Source: Conidiobolus incongruus B7586
Taxonomy: Eukaryota
Direction: 5' to 3'
Assembly (NCBI GenBank): GCA_000697335.1
Contig: JNEM01013660.1
Span: forward strand, 1-41,471
DNA: 41,471 bases
The notes under the pieces were generated by a model. The model saw nothing but the letters and a program-made list of their open reading frames with translations. It was not told where the DNA came from and made no database searches. Position numbers and translations under genes: made by a program. Below are positions 1 to 13,280 of this stretch, piece after piece (the first letter of the stretch is position 1; every line of letters starts with the position of its first letter).

Positions 1-1023
1 TTGATATTGGATAATATTTCATCTCATATAAAATTTGAAATAATTAACAAAAATTTTAATTATATTCAATTATTAATATATCAAAATAAAAAAAATACAA
101 TTTCTAAAGTTATCCATTAATTTAGAAAATATCTTCAAATTTATTTATATTAATATAATTATAAATTTTAAAATAAATCAGAAAATTTATAATATGTTAT
201 AAATAAATAAAAAATTTGAAATAAATTTTTGATATGAATATACAATATTAGTAATATTATGACTTTTTTATCAATACAATTAATATAATAATAAAATAAT
301 AATTAATTCAGTAGAATATTTTCAATGATATTTAATTTTTCATTTTTAATTAATTATATGAATATAAATTTTTATTTATATTATGAAAATTATTGAAAGA
401 AAATTGAAATAATGGTGATTTTTATTGATATGATATATCAAACAGAAAATCTTAAAAAGCATATATTATCCTAAAGATAAAAAGTCTACACAATATTTGA
501 ATAATATAATAAATATTTTCGATCATACTTTGCACAATATATATTTAACAAAATTATCGAATTTCAGTTTTCTTATTCACTGAGATAGATTTTAGTAGAT
601 TTTGGATTAGATAAATAATGTAAACTTGGTTATATTTCCAAATACAAATATAATTAGTTTATGATCCAAATATATTATGAAAATTAATTGTCGATATAGT
701 AAGATATATTTATATTAAATCGTTTAAATTCGATGATTAATATCAATGATGAGATATACAAATATTGAATAAATAAAAATATTCTCAAAATAGTTTAGTT
801 ATAAATAATATCCTATTGATCAATGAAATTGAATTCAAAAATATTGCAATAAATATTAAATAATTATCATAATACTTACATAAATAACATTTCAATTAGT
901 TTAACAAGTAAAATTATAATTTAAAATAATTATAAAACAATATATTAATAAAACATACACTGTGTAATTCCATTAAATAGAACGAAATGTTAGTAAAAAA
1001 TCATCCAAAGAGGCGAAAACTTA

Positions 1024-2038
1024 TTAAACCTTTGTCGAAACATAAAAACTTTTACGTAGCTGCTTGATGAAATTGAATAAATCTCTGCTCGTATTTAGTT
1101 CTTCTAGCAAAGCATCTAAATTTGATACTGTGGGGTTGCAATTAACAACTAAAAATAATTTAATCATATTAAAACACAAAATTACATCATGTTTAGTGAT
1201 GATTACCTTGGTATTGCTTTTGAGAAACATCTAATATTAGTGAATATACTTGACTTGGCTTGGTTTCATTAATTTTAGTGAAATTCATGATTAAATTTCC
1301 ATCGATATCACTGTCTAAAGTAAACCCTAATGTATTTTCAAAAATTTTCAACTCTGGCATATTAGAACCTCTTTGAGTATCATATCTCTCTTGCATTAAT
1401 TCTAAAGCTATTAGATTCATTAGTTATTTCCTAAATGTATAATTTTAGGTATTAGTTTTTATACCATCTTTCTTTTTAGCAATTTTTAATCTTAAAGAAT
1501 CAATAGAATTATTTAAAATTTTATGAGTTTCTTTCTTCCCTTTTTGTAATCTCTTCAAGTCCAATATTTGAGAATCTAAGGTTGAGGATTGCTTTTGCTT
1601 TTCTTTTAATGCTAAAAAGATTAATATTTAATATTATATTTAAAATAATATGATTAAAATATTGAATACTTTTGAGTAATTTTTTCTGAAGGTCTTTATA
1701 TTCTTCAAGTTGTTCCCTAGCTTTTCGTCCATTATCTAAAATAAATTTAATATTCAAACTCTATAATGTGAAGTATGATACTAATTAATACCTTTAAGCT
1801 CAATCGTCTGTTGTAACCAATCTTGAGTTTTTGAATAAACTCTATTTCTTTGTTTCTCAATATATCTATTCACCATCTTGATATTATTTTCAATATCTTT
1901 AGATATTGATTGGATATTATTTTGTTCCAGTTGATATGTACGAACTTGAAATGACAAGTTTGGCGAACCCGGTGTTTGTTTTAAGTTTTTAATCCTTCCA
2001 TTTTGTTTAATAGAATTGGTAATTTCCATATTTTTCAT
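1024..2038 (-). CDS. SPC25: Kinetochore Ndc80-complex subunit Spc25 (~261 aa, 5 exons: 2038-1792, 1735-1670, 1611-1465, 1407-1207, 1148-1024)
   Basis: Four GT-AG introns, all phase 1, join into one open frame. N-terminal coiled coil followed by an RWD-like C-terminus typical of Spc25 (FENTLGFTL...LIMNFTKINE...YSLILDV..QYQVVNCNPTV...LLEELNTSRDLFNFIKQLRKSF). Confidence 0.88.
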
Positions 2039-2464
2039 TATTTACAATTATTAATATTAAAAATTAATGAAACTTGTTTATTTTAGTATTTTTACTTCCA
2101 CTAATTGACTTATATATATTTTAAAATTGAAATTTATTATGGGAATTTTTTATTAATTTTGAGGACTGTTGAAATCAAACAATAAAAATTAGAATTATTG
2201 AAGGTAAACTGATATTTAGTTATTAAAAATTATGGTAATGAAATTCACTTAAGAATACCAGAGAAAGCAGAAATATAAGCATAAATATACACTTATCTAT
2301 ATATTTAAATAAAAACATTTTAACTAAAGTTTATTTTATTGTTATAATTCATTTTTAGTCAAAAGCATTTGTAATTATTTGCATTTATTAAATGGATAAA
2401 AAATATAAATAATAGATATTTTATCTTAAACAGTTAATTGTTTTAACTAATTAAAGTATCTAAA

Positions 2465-3506
2465 ATGGGTGATCCTGTTCAAAATTCATCAGCTGAACCT
2501 AAAAATGGAGATAATAATGAGAACAAAGTATCATTTTTTGCTGATTCTTTACATTCTTTTCTGAATAAAGCAAAATCTTCTACCCTTACTTACAAAATAC
2601 CCGATAGCCAAGATTCTGATCATCCTGAAAGTCATACTGATAATAATATTAATGATTTTTCAAAAACGCTAGATGTTAATTTTATCAAAATGAAATTGGT
2701 TAGATTAGATGAACTATTACGAAAAATTGATAACGATTTGATTAAACATGGTGAATACATTGATATCATTGATCACTTGAGAGAGATATTGAACAATTTG
2801 AATCAAGGTAATTAATACTTTCAAAGTGTTTTAGATTAATCATAAAAATTTCATTTATTGATACAGATAAAATTAAATACCAATACTTTGAATTAAAACT
2901 ACAACATTTGTTGGAAAACTTATCCTTATATTTGACAAAGTTTTTCCAGGAAAATAATATTGAACAAGTTGAAAAAAAAATAAATCAGCTTGAACAGGTA
3001 ATTCACTTTGCAATCAGTTTGAAATATAAACTCATATTTTATAGAAAATAGATAATTTAATTATTAACGTTAGCCAGATTACTGCTGCCACTACTTCATC
3101 AGATAATAATTCCAACACCACTCAGCAACAAGCTCCAAAATGGCCGAATCTGGGAACACCAATACTCAATACTAATTTTCCTGTTCAAAATAGTAATTTA
3201 AATATGTTCAATCAGGATTTAATATCTCTGAAAAAATCTTACGACGATATCGCAATGTTCAATTCTATATACAATGACTCTAACGATTTTTCACAAAATA
3301 TGAAAAAACTCACCAATTCAAGGACAAATACTAGAAAGAGGAAAACAAATGCAGCTAAATTAATGACAGAACCACCAAGCCAATTTGCTTTTCAATTGTT
3401 AAACAATCCATTGTCAACAATTAAAGAAACTTCACCTAAGCAAACTCCAAAAAAATCAAACGCTGGCAGGAAAAAAAGTAAAAAGAATGATGACAAATCT
3501 AACTAA
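2465..3506 (+). CDS. Uncharacterised protein (~311 aa, 3 exons: 2465-2807, 2867-2997, 3045-3506); central coiled coil and basic disordered C-terminus
   Basis: Two GT-AG introns (59 and 47 nt) keep the frame open to TAA at 3506. Higher GC than flanks. NLS-like RKRK and RKKSKK, and S/T-P-K sites. No family recognised. Confidence 0.75.
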
Positions 3507-4638
3507 AAATTCAAGTAAATTATTACATTCCGTTCTGCTTATTCCAATTACGCTTATTTCAATAAATACATATGCGTTTTTAATTTTTGTGTTTCTTCAA
3601 TCAAGTTAATTTTTAAATATAATAATGGAAACTAACCAAAAAAATAATTTGGAATCTAACTCTGAATAATGCTTTATAATTTTTAAAATTATAAAACAAA
3701 TTAATCAAACATTATTATTTTGACCTATTACTATTGATACAAATTATCTTTATTAATCTAAAATTATACCTAATATCAATTAATCAATAATTGAAACTTT
3801 ATACAATAAAATACCTATTATAAAATAAATATTTATTCTTAATCTAAAAAAATTGCAAATTTCTTTGTTATTATACTGAAAATTTCAAACAATATTAAAC
3901 ATAAATTTGCAATTATTTATATACAATAATAGATCTTTTTGATCATTAAGTATAAATTTTAATCTGATTATGTAATAAATGAAAATAGTTTTATTATTCC
4001 TACCTTCATCTATTAAAATATCTATCCATTCATTTAACTTATTCAATTTGATTTTCCGATATTTGTCGGCAAAACAAAAACACTCTTATAGGTATTATAC
4101 TCATGAGTTTATTTTCGAACAAGATGAGCTTATTACTCTTAGCGATTTAATTGACTATGAAGAATGTAGCTTGGTGATGAAAGAAGAATAAAAATCTAAA
4201 AGAATTTCTAATAAGTTATCTTTTGAAATTGATTTGAATGTTTTTTTTAAATATTTTATCAGTAGATTGATCAACTCTATCAGATATTTTGAAATGGTTT
4301 GATTAGTTATTTATTAAAATTGAATAAAAAACAGGAATATAAATATGAAGGGTAAATTAAAATCCTGTTAATAGAAAATTTCACTAACAACGATCCCATA
4401 ACCTTGAAGTAAATTTACCTTTTTTTTATAAATTTGTTTGATAGGTTTTCTAATACAAAATGAGAATTGAGATTTTTATTTAATTTTTAGTTGAAAAGTG
4501 AAATATAAGGATTATATACCAGTCAAAACAAATAAATATCCATATTTCTACTACTCATTTATTTATCTCACACTTTTACATTGGTTAATTTTAATATAGA
4601 TATTTATAATCTTTCAACTAAATTCAATATTTTTCATC

Positions 4639-5210
4639 ATGAACTTTTTATCTAAATACACTCCCTGTTTGTCCGTCACTAAATCAAGTCAGTCTCCTTT
4701 GAGACGTGGTCTCGAAGAGTTCTTCGAGCGTGGTTTAGCCCTCCCTAAAGAACATACTCAAACTGGTAATTTATTTTATATTTGTTTCAATCCAATTCAC
4801 ATTGTAATCTTTCTGATTTATAGGTAGAGCTTGGAGAGCTGCTGAGTTAAGATTGAAGAGCTTTGAAGATTTGCATAAACTATGGTATTTAAATTTAAAA
4901 GAACGCAATCTGCTATCTACCCAAAGAGCTGAGGCCAAAAGATATGGAATTCAGCCTACTTCTTTCAGCAATAAGAGTAGAGTGATCAAAGTATGTATTT
5001 TGTTCAAACAATTTATTTATTGACTAACTAAAACATATTGTACTTTAGTGTAAGAAAAATATGGCTCGTATTTTATTTGTTCTCAATGAAAGAAGAATCC
5101 AATACGAACTTGCTCAACAAGCTCTCAAATCACAACCTGCCTTGTCCACTTTACCAGAAACACCTAAAAGTGAAGTTGAACCCGCTTCTATTCAAAACAA
5201 TCCCTTATAA
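4639..5210 (+). CDS. MRPL4: Mitochondrial large-subunit ribosomal protein uL29m (MRPL47/Mrpl4 family; ~151 aa; exons 4639-4765, 4824-4990, 5049-5210)
   Basis: Spliced product contains GLEEFF...[34 protein letters not shown]...[19 protein letters not shown], the MRP-L47 signature. Confidence 0.93.
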
Positions 5211-7549
5211 TCCTCTAGATGCCAAGATAATCGAATAAATTTATTTAACAATTTAAAATAACCTTAAAGATATCAACCTACTTTACATATTCGTCACTCC
5301 ACTCACTCATTTGTATAATACTAATTTAAAGGTAACTGAGCAAAATACTATAATTGTCTAATATTACCTTCATATATATTGACATGGATCATTATATATC
5401 AATATGATTATATTCTTTCAAATATTATTTATTCAGCTTTTCTCACAATATTTGATTAGCATTTTATTATTATTCTATAGTTGTACTTGATTTTATCATT
5501 ATTGATTATTGACTTAGATTTTGATTCTCAAATTTTTCTGGTCTAATCTCACACTATCACTTCTAATATCATGCAACCTATTAATAATTCATTAGTTACT
5601 AGGTTAGATCAAAATAACTATCTCTAAATATTTATTGATATATAATATATTTTATGTAATTCATTCATGTCCATTATACTAAAGTTATCATATTGAAACA
5701 ACATGGGGATATATAAACCATATATTTCTTTAAACCAATTGTTTATAGAAAAATTATTATAAAGTGATATAAGAAATTCAAGCTATTTCAATCAATTGAG
5801 CAAAATTATATTAATTTTTGAGATTATGCTATAAATCATAGAAGAAATTGAATTTAACTATATTTTATTTTCATATATAAATTATAAAATATGATTATAA
5901 TTATCGATGTATATTTGTATTTAATAATTTTAATTATAAAACTTGAAATTTCAAAAAACTAATTATTTGAATTTTTTTAAAAAATGGAGATCATAAGTTA
6001 TTATATATTTTTAAAGATATATAAATAAGCAAAATTAATATATTTATTATTATCTGAAATTATTTTTATATAAAAAATATTTAGTAATTTATATACATAT
6101 TAATTAAAAATTAATCAATAAGAATTCTTATATATTAATATATATAGGAAATTATTAATTTGGAAAAAATAGCAAATTTTTTAATTTTTGATTTTTTAAT
6201 TTTATTAGATTTTATTATTTATATATCAATAATTTCATTTAATTTTGGTTTTAATATTTTATTATTTTTTGATTTCTATATGAATATCAAATTATTTATC
6301 AAAATATACAAAGTTTTAAAAAATAAGTTATATTTTTACTAATTTTAATTATAATTAAAATGCTATTATTTTTTAATTTAAAATCCAACTTAAATAAATA
6401 CTTTATATATTTGGATCAGTAAATTAAAAATCAATATATAATATTATTATCAATATATAACATAAAAAATATGAATATAGAATAATACCTAATTATTATA
6501 TAAATCATAATAATATAATTCTATAAATCTAAGTTTTTATAATAAATTTGAATAATTAAGATAAAAATAGTTATATTTACTTAAAATATAAAAATCATTG
6601 CTAATAATCCATACTATACTATATTTTATTATTTAAATACATGAAAAAAATGTAAATATTATTTATATATTTGATATAAGTACTTAATTTTTCAAATTCA
6701 TCAAGTATCTGTTTAATATTTAACAAATCATTCAATCAAATTATTAATTGAGTGTTATAATTAAATCTAATCTGAATAATTTATTAATCAAATATAAATC
6801 TTATCATATATCAATAGTTATTATATTATATTATATTTTTCTGTCTTCATTATTAACGTTTTTATTAATATAGAATATTGATAACATATATTTTGAAAGA
6901 GAATTCTACAAAAATATGAAATATTTTAATAATGATGATTATTTTTGACAATTTTTTTACAGGATTTGGAGGAATATAAGTAAAATATATTGAAATTCAT
7001 ATTATTATATTCTCAATACCAATTTGTCAAATGCTTTATTAATATAAAAGAGTTATTCCTTATTAAAATCTTTATATTCAAATTAAACTTTTCATTAAAT
7101 TTATATAATATTATATACTAAGTAATCTTTCTCTTATATTCTTCATATTTAAATTCAATTTATATCATTAACTTTATAGTCAATTTCAACTGTAATGATA
7201 CAATATTTTAGTTTCAATTACCACAATTTTTTGAGCAGATTGATTTTGAAATTTGAGTTGATACTATAATTAGCCAATTATATTATACAACTATGACTTG
7301 AATTTACTATAATTTTAATAGAAAAGGTATTAATGTTAAAATAATTGTAAATAAACTAATAAATAATACTATCTGGTTCAAATAATAAAAAATGATAATA
7401 AAATCTGATTATTAAACACTTTAATTGAATAATGATTAGTAAGTATTAATGATATAATTCATAATCTGTGGCTATTGGATCGTATATTACCTTGAATTGA
7501 TTACTCAAATGTTGGATGATTCTGATTCAAACTTGTAAATTGTATAAAA

Positions 7550-7552
<3 letters not shown>

Positions 7553-7586
<34 letters not shown>
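7553..7586. repeat. (TTA)11 microsatellite
   Basis: Directly visible trinucleotide run upstream of eIF4G. Confidence 0.9.
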
Positions 7587-8215
7587 CCATTCATTTCTAT
7601 TCAATATAATCAAATATACAATACTACTATTTAAATGTATAAAAAACAATATATCTATTTACCCATTATTTTTTTTATTTCCAAATTAGTATAAAGAAGC
7701 TATGGAATTTGAATTTTCAGTGATAAATGATTACATCATTGTCAACTATATTGTATTCGAAAAATAGAGAATACATATTATTAATACAACATTATTAAGG
7801 TTATATGAAACAATTTTTTAAATATAAATCCATTGATAGCTTGTATAAGCTTGATGATAATTGATATCTGTGATAAAAATAATCATGATAAACAAATATC
7901 CTATTTTAACTCTAATAAAGGAGTAAATAATATATTCCTGATATTGATATAGTAATAATATGCATTAATTTGTAATAATTATGTGTATAATAGTATAAAA
8001 TATTAAAATTTATGATGTATAACGAAAGCTGAGAGAATGTTAGAAAATGTTGAATGGAAATATTTGGGAAACATAGATTATGATAGGTGGAAAATTTATA
8101 CGAGATTGACTTCAACAATTGACCAATAACAGTATAAAAATAATTGGAAGTTCCTATATCAAGTGTTTTTGAACTTTGGTTATCTGAGTTCATCTTGGTT
8201 AATCCAAATAAAATA

Positions 8216-11200
8216 ATGAACAAAACTAATAATCGTCCGGTGGTCAACCACCCTAAAAATACTCCTAATACAACTCAGTCAGCCCCTACCCCTAACACTA
8301 CTCCTACTCGTTCATCTCCTAGCACTACTGGACAGTTTAGTTATGCCCAACTTGCTAAACAGAATATAGCCACAAAGCAAACTGCTACTGAATCTAAAAC
8401 TACCAATTCTCCAATTAAATCTAATGGAGCTACTACTCAAACACAAACTCCTAAATCTACAAATACTGAAGTCAAGTAAGCACTTCTATAAGCCCCACTC
8501 CATATCATATTTAATGACATTTTTTAGAAAACCTGAGATTCAAAATACTACTTCAGAAACAAAGCCAATTAATATTAAGAATAATTCTGGAGTTAAACTT
8601 CCTCAATTCCCTGGTGCTTCAACTCGTAAGTATTTATAATATTCAGTTTTTTATATTTAGACTAAAATTAGATCTCTCTTAAGCTCGCTCTAATATTCAA
8701 TTTGGTTCAATTGATCAACCCAATTCTGGCATACCTTCTCCTTCCACCTCTCCTGTACATAGAAACTCTTTTATTTCACAAGATAGCTCTTTTCCTACTT
8801 TTGGAACAGCCGTTAAAAACGGATCAATAGACAGCGTTTCTCCTGGCGTCCGTATTACAGCTCAAAAACCTCAAATTAATAGAACGATATCTCAAAAAGA
8901 TTCTAATGAATCAACTAAAGCTGCTAAAGATACTAAGCCTCAACCATCAAATAATTCTGAATCTTCCCCATTCTTGAATAATTCTGTGAATCAACCTCCT
9001 TCAAACACCAATACTCATACTAACAAAGCTCATCCTTCTCCTCAATCATTTGGTCATCCTAATTCGCATTATAATAAGAATTCGCAATATCAACCTACAG
9101 CCTCTTTCCCTCATCCTCCTCCTAACGCGCCATACACTAATTTCAATCCTAACCAACAACCATGGCATCCTAAAGGATATCCCTCTGGTTCTATCAATCC
9201 TTCTGCTCCTATAAACCCTAATTATAGTCACTCCGCTGGTACACCTCGCCCTCGTGACCGTCCAGACCCCTCTTCTAATGCTAATACTACTATTCCTCCT
9301 GGTAGTAGCCCTAATATGCCCCATAGTCATGGATCTCCTGCTTGGCAGCATTCTTATTATATGAATTATCCACCCAACTCAATGAGCTATGATGGTCCTG
9401 CACCATACTATATTTATAATCAAAGTGTTCCGCCAACATTTAACCCATCTATGCATGGTGTCAATCCATCAATTCCCTCTCCATCTGCTCCTGTTTTGTC
9501 ACAGCATCAATTCAACACCAATGCACCCTCATTTGTTCCTGGAAAAACGAGTAAAGCTATCAAGATCGTCAATCCAATTTCTAAGCAAGTGGTAGATCCT
9601 GCTGCCGCCGCTGCTGCATCTAGCTCTACTCAAAGTCCTACAACTGATGCTAAGGCTAATGAAGCCAAGAAACCTGACACAGAATCTGCTACCCCTAGCA
9701 AAGACACCAAGGATGCTTCTGATTCTAAATCAACAGAGCCTTCTGGTAAGGATGCTGCATCTGAATCCAAGGTATCTACTGAAACTACTAGTACTACAGA
9801 CAAGCTATCTAACAAATTAGAAGAAACTAAGGTTGATAACTATATTATCAACCAAGGTGCTCCAACCATTCCTATCACCTTATCATATGTTAAACCTGGT
9901 ATCAGCAAAGCAGTTAAGATTACTCCCCCTCCGGTTGAAACAAAACCAGTTGAACAAGTATCAGTTCAAAAGGATGAACAACCTAAACCTATAGAATCTT
10001 CAAACTCAGAACCTACCATTCCTAATGGAGAATCAAAATCACCTACTACAAATGAAGATGAAAAGAGCCCTCAAATTGTATCTGCCGAGCCAGAAACCAT
10101 CAAATCATCTGAAGAAGTTTCTAAAGATGCTCAACCTGATACTGAAAAGGTGGTTGAAAGCACACAAACTACTGCTGTTACCGAAACTAAAGCTCCTGAA
10201 TCTGATAAACCCACAGATTCTAATGAAGCTTCTCAGTCTTCTGCTGCCCAAAGCACTTTACGTTATCAACGTGATTATTTATTATCTTTCAAAGACAAAT
10301 GCACTACTAAACCTACCAACATGAAGCCCATTGAGGATATTGTTATTGACTCTCCCTCTCGCGAAGGAGAACGCAAGTCTATGGGTAGAAGACAGAATAG
10401 CTCTCATCATGGTAGATTCTCTAGCAAAGGTGACTCCTCTGGTTCATTCGACTTCAATGTCTCTAAGGCTAAGACTACTAGCGAAGAACGATTCAAACTT
10501 GCTACCCAAATGCAAAACGCTGGTCGTCACCCATTGGGTCAAAGATCCTCTAGTGGTGGTCCTTCTTCCAACATGGACGGCATGGGTCATTTTGGAAAGG
10601 AAACTAGATCTTCTCGTGGTGGCAGAGGAGGAGACAAAAATAGAAGATTCAACCAACAAGGTGGCCCTACCATTCCTCTCGACCAAGTCGCTCCTCTCGA
10701 AAAGAGTGAAAATAGATGGGTTCCTCTATCTACCCAAGCTCCTAAAAACACCGAGATTGATGACGAAGAAAAACTTTCTCGTCAAATCAAGGCTTTGCTC
10801 AACAAACTTACTCTTGAAAGATTCGATACCATTTCTGACCAGATTTTGGAAATTGCCAACCAGTCTGTCTCTGACAATGGTCTTGCTTTAAGGACTGTAA
10901 TTTACCTTGTTTTTGAGAAGGCCACCGATGAAGCCAATTTTGGTGCCATTTATGCTAGACTCTGCCATAAGATTCTTGAAAACTTGGATGCCAATGTCAA
11001 AGATGAAAATTATTTGGATAAAGATGGAAATCCCGTCTTAGGTGGCAACTTGTTCCGTAAGTATCTCTTGATGAAATGTCAATCTGAATTCGAAAAAGGT
11101 TGGAAGCTTAGCGATGAATACAAGGAAAAGACAATTGTTGATTATTCCGATGAATACTATGCTGCTGCTAAAGCTAAGCGCAGAGGCTTGGGTCTTGTTA

Positions 11201-12692
11201 GATTTATTGGTGAATTATTCAAACAAAACATGTTGTCTTCTAGAATTATGCATGAATGTATCCAAAGATTGTTATCTTCTGAAGTTCCTGAAGAAGAAGA
11301 GGTTGAAAGTTTATCTAAACTTATGAATACTGTTGGTGCTATGCTGGATCAACGCGAAGATTCTAAAAAGAAATTCGATTTATACTTTGAAAAGATTGCT
11401 TCTCTTTCCAAGAACACTGCTCTTCCTAGTCGTCACAGGTTCATGCTTAAGGATTTGATTGATCTTAGAAAAGACCGCTGGGTTCCTCGTAATAACACCA
11501 ACTCTGGTCCTAAAACCATTGCCCAAATTCATCAAGAAGCTCAGAAAGAAAAGGAACAGAATGAGATCCTTAAGCGTGTTAACAGTGCTGGTCCTCGTGG
11601 TCCTTCTCTTGCTTCACATGGTAGATCATACTCTGGTAAGATTGATAAGGCTCCTAGAAATCCTGAAGGATGGAACACAATTCCTTCTTCCACAGCCAAC
11701 AAAAAGATTGGTGACCTTACCAGTTTTGGTAATTTCGACCGCTCTAAGGCTTCCAGTCAAAGTTTAGGACCCAGTTCTAATAATGTATTTGATTCTCTTC
11801 AAAATGTTAAACCTACTGCTCGCGAAAAGGAATCACCTGTGAAGAAGACTCAACTTACAAATATGTTTGACATGCTTAACGACGATGATAGTCACGATAC
11901 TAGCGCTGAATCTGCCTCCAAAGTTCAATCAGAGCCTAAGGCATCTGAAACTACATCAGCTCAAGGATCCACTCCAGTTGCTGAAAAACTCCCCACATCA
12001 CCCGAAGCCATTAAAAGAAGAATTGATGCTACTATTAATGAATTCTTCTCTCTTAAAGATTTTTCTGAAGCTAAACTTTGCTTCCAAGAGTTTGAGCAAA
12101 TGAATGTAACTGCTCAAGCTATGCAAGCTTTGATCTCATCTTCTTTAGAAAAGAAGGCTGAAGACATCGAACTTGTTGTCAAGTTGATTAACAAATTCCA
12201 TGAAGATTCCTTCATCAATGATCATCAAATCTATGTTGAGGCTTTGACTCCTGTCATGGAAACAGTAGAAGATCTTTCATACGATGTTCCCCAAATCTAC
12301 ACATTATTAGGAACAATACTTGCTGGCATCCCCTCACTTAAATTTACTGATCTTCCTGTCATACTGGACCCTCTTCTTAAGTCTACTGCCCGCCTTCCTC
12401 CTGGACCTAAATTAGTCGCCAATTATATTAATGCTATGAAGAAAACTAAGGTAATTATGACTCATTTATTTCATATTATAGTATATTTATCAAAACTTTT
12501 AACTGATATAGACTGAGCAAGATATTATTAACAAAGCCAAAGAAGAAAATTTTGATATCTCAACATTAGGCCCTAAATTCGCTGATCATATGGTACTAGC
12601 ATTTACTATCATTCAATCAACATTTAACTGATGATTTCTTTCCTTTCATTTAGGATCTCAAGTTTTTAGCTAAAGAATCAACGACGAATTAA
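8216..12692 (+). CDS. TIF4631: Eukaryotic translation initiation factor 4G (~1414 aa; exons 8216-8475, 8528-8625, 8684-12450, 12512-12592, 12654-12692)
   Basis: eIF4E-binding motif YQRDYLL (Y-X4-L-phi). MIF4G domain (IKALLNKLTLERFD...FEKATDE...GLGLVRFIGELFK...RFMLKDLIDLR). C-terminal MA3-like domain and N-terminal IQFGS motif. Confidence 0.95.
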
Positions 12693-13260
12693 TCACCAAT
12701 CCTTAGACTGTTTTTATTATTTAACTTTTTCATATCAATTGTACAAATATTTCGAAACCTCGTTGTATTTGAATGTTTTATTCAATTAAAATTTTTTATC
12801 ATTTAATTATATTTAAATATAAAAATATTATCAATCAATTGCTACTATGTAGAATAAAATCAATTTTTAAACTAATTATATATCATTTTATTTTGCTATT
12901 ATAATATATAACATGTTTTCATCATAACATACATATATATAATAATAATAAAATTTGGTATATATTAAATTTAGAGAATCTCAAAATATAATTATTGCAT
13001 TTATTTAGTGTACATTTTATATTTAAAATAATAGTATATTTCCCTTATGTTATATAATCATTATACCATTGATTTTAATGATATAGATCATTGGTGAATA
13101 TATCATTCAAAATTTTGCAATTATATTATATATTAATATCACCAATTTTTGAGTAGTATTATATTCAATTCTTAATCAACTAATAACTGAAAATTAATTT
13201 ATTTAAATCAAAGAAATTTTAGAATGAAAAAGTATAGTGAAGCTAATTAGCAATAGATAT

Positions 13261-13280
13261 TATATATATATATATATATA
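13261..13280. repeat. (TA)10 microsatellite
   Basis: Directly visible. Confidence 0.9.

Noticed and set aside
3979..4191. 70-aa ORF between the orphan gene and uL29m
   Set aside because: No recognisable homology or supporting exons, and no convincing snoRNA box arrangement. Cannot be fully excluded as a relic.
6160..6342. 60-aa F/I/L/N/K-rich ORF (likewise 40578-40778)
   Set aside because: Composition is what extremely AT-rich intergenic DNA yields by chance; no motif is recognisable.
7912..12103. Antisense and alternate-frame ORFs overlapping eIF4G
   Set aside because: Shadow ORFs caused by the codon bias of the real gene.
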